From Leucoraja erinacea (Eukaryota): a DNA stretch of 64,000 bases. Below the pieces are notes generated by a model. It made no database searches. It was given only the letters and a program-made list of their open reading frames with translations, and was not told the DNA's origin. A program made the translations under genes and the position numbers. Position 1 is the stretch's first letter. Each line of letters opens with the position of its first letter. The stretch spans positions 75,640,001-75,704,000 of the forward strand of contig NC_073379.1 in the NCBI RefSeq assembly GCF_028641065.1, given 5' to 3'. This document shows, in pieces, positions 63,334 to 64,000 of this stretch.

Positions 63334-64000
63334 TTAGGCAACCCTACTGACAAAGGCGAGAAGAGGTAGTCTTCATGATTTAAGTACTTTTATGGAATTA
63401 GATGTTAGAAGAAATATGTTAGCCCCAGTTATTTTAATTATGAGTCCCAAGACATAAGAAAAGTCATGGTTTACTGAACTTTTTTACAAATTTCACTGTA
63501 TTACAAACTTGGCTCAGTTACTGTGCCTGCTATATAATAATGTTTTTCCACAAGTCATCTAGTGATGCGTTTTGTTTACTTAATGTTTGTGGCATTTTGC
63601 CATATCTTTCCTGAAGCTGATTTTAACATCATAAGTCACTTATTTCCAAAGAATGGCTTTAGCTGTAAAACGTCTAAGAACAATCAGCCATAACACTTAT
63701 TTCTCATGGTCAAGTTAAGGTTTGACCATTCACATTAGAATGTCACAAGACCATTTTGTGAAAGTACAAAACCAGAGAATGGCATCACGAATCAAGAGTT
63801 ATGTGATCTGTCCTCATTCTGCGGAGCTGTTGCTGACGTGGCTCTGAGTCTGACTAAACTGAGACGCCCATGGGCACATTCCTAATCTGGCGGTGGCAGG
63901 AAAAATATTACAGTTAACAGTTTGCATAACAAGTCAGGTGATTTTTTTTTTTAAAACGAAAACAATAGAGGTTATATTGAAGTATACAAGAGGCACAGAG

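Overview
Repeat-dense vertebrate genomic DNA. HE1-type SINEs and HER1/CR1-type LINEs suggest a cartilaginous fish, probably a skate or ray (inference). Two host genes converge tail to tail. (1) The last seven coding exons of a plus-strand cysteine-containing LRR (FBXL/AMN1-like) gene, 6181-44984, with canonical GT-AG splice sites and consistent phases, encoding 301 aa plus a stop; its 5' part lies outside the window or was not found. (2) Three putative 3' exons of an unrecognised minus-strand gene, about 62220 to 51748; the most upstream one is damaged by an error-like local duplication. Between the two genes is a deleted class III (ERV-L/ERV-S-like) endogenous retrovirus that keeps a gamma-type env remnant (CWVC motif) and a probable 3' LTR. 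The introns hold nested mobile elements: a near full-length CR1 inserted into a Gypsy gag, a Penelope GIY-YIG element and palindromic Penelope derivatives carrying hammerhead-ribozyme cores, Helitrons, PIF/Harbinger elements (one with an open MADF/Myb exon), a Tigger-like element, and Hero, RTE, Rex1 and L2 fragments. There is a 175-N gap and signs of local assembly error. No prokaryotic-type system is present. Family assignments rest on recalled motifs; no database searches were run.
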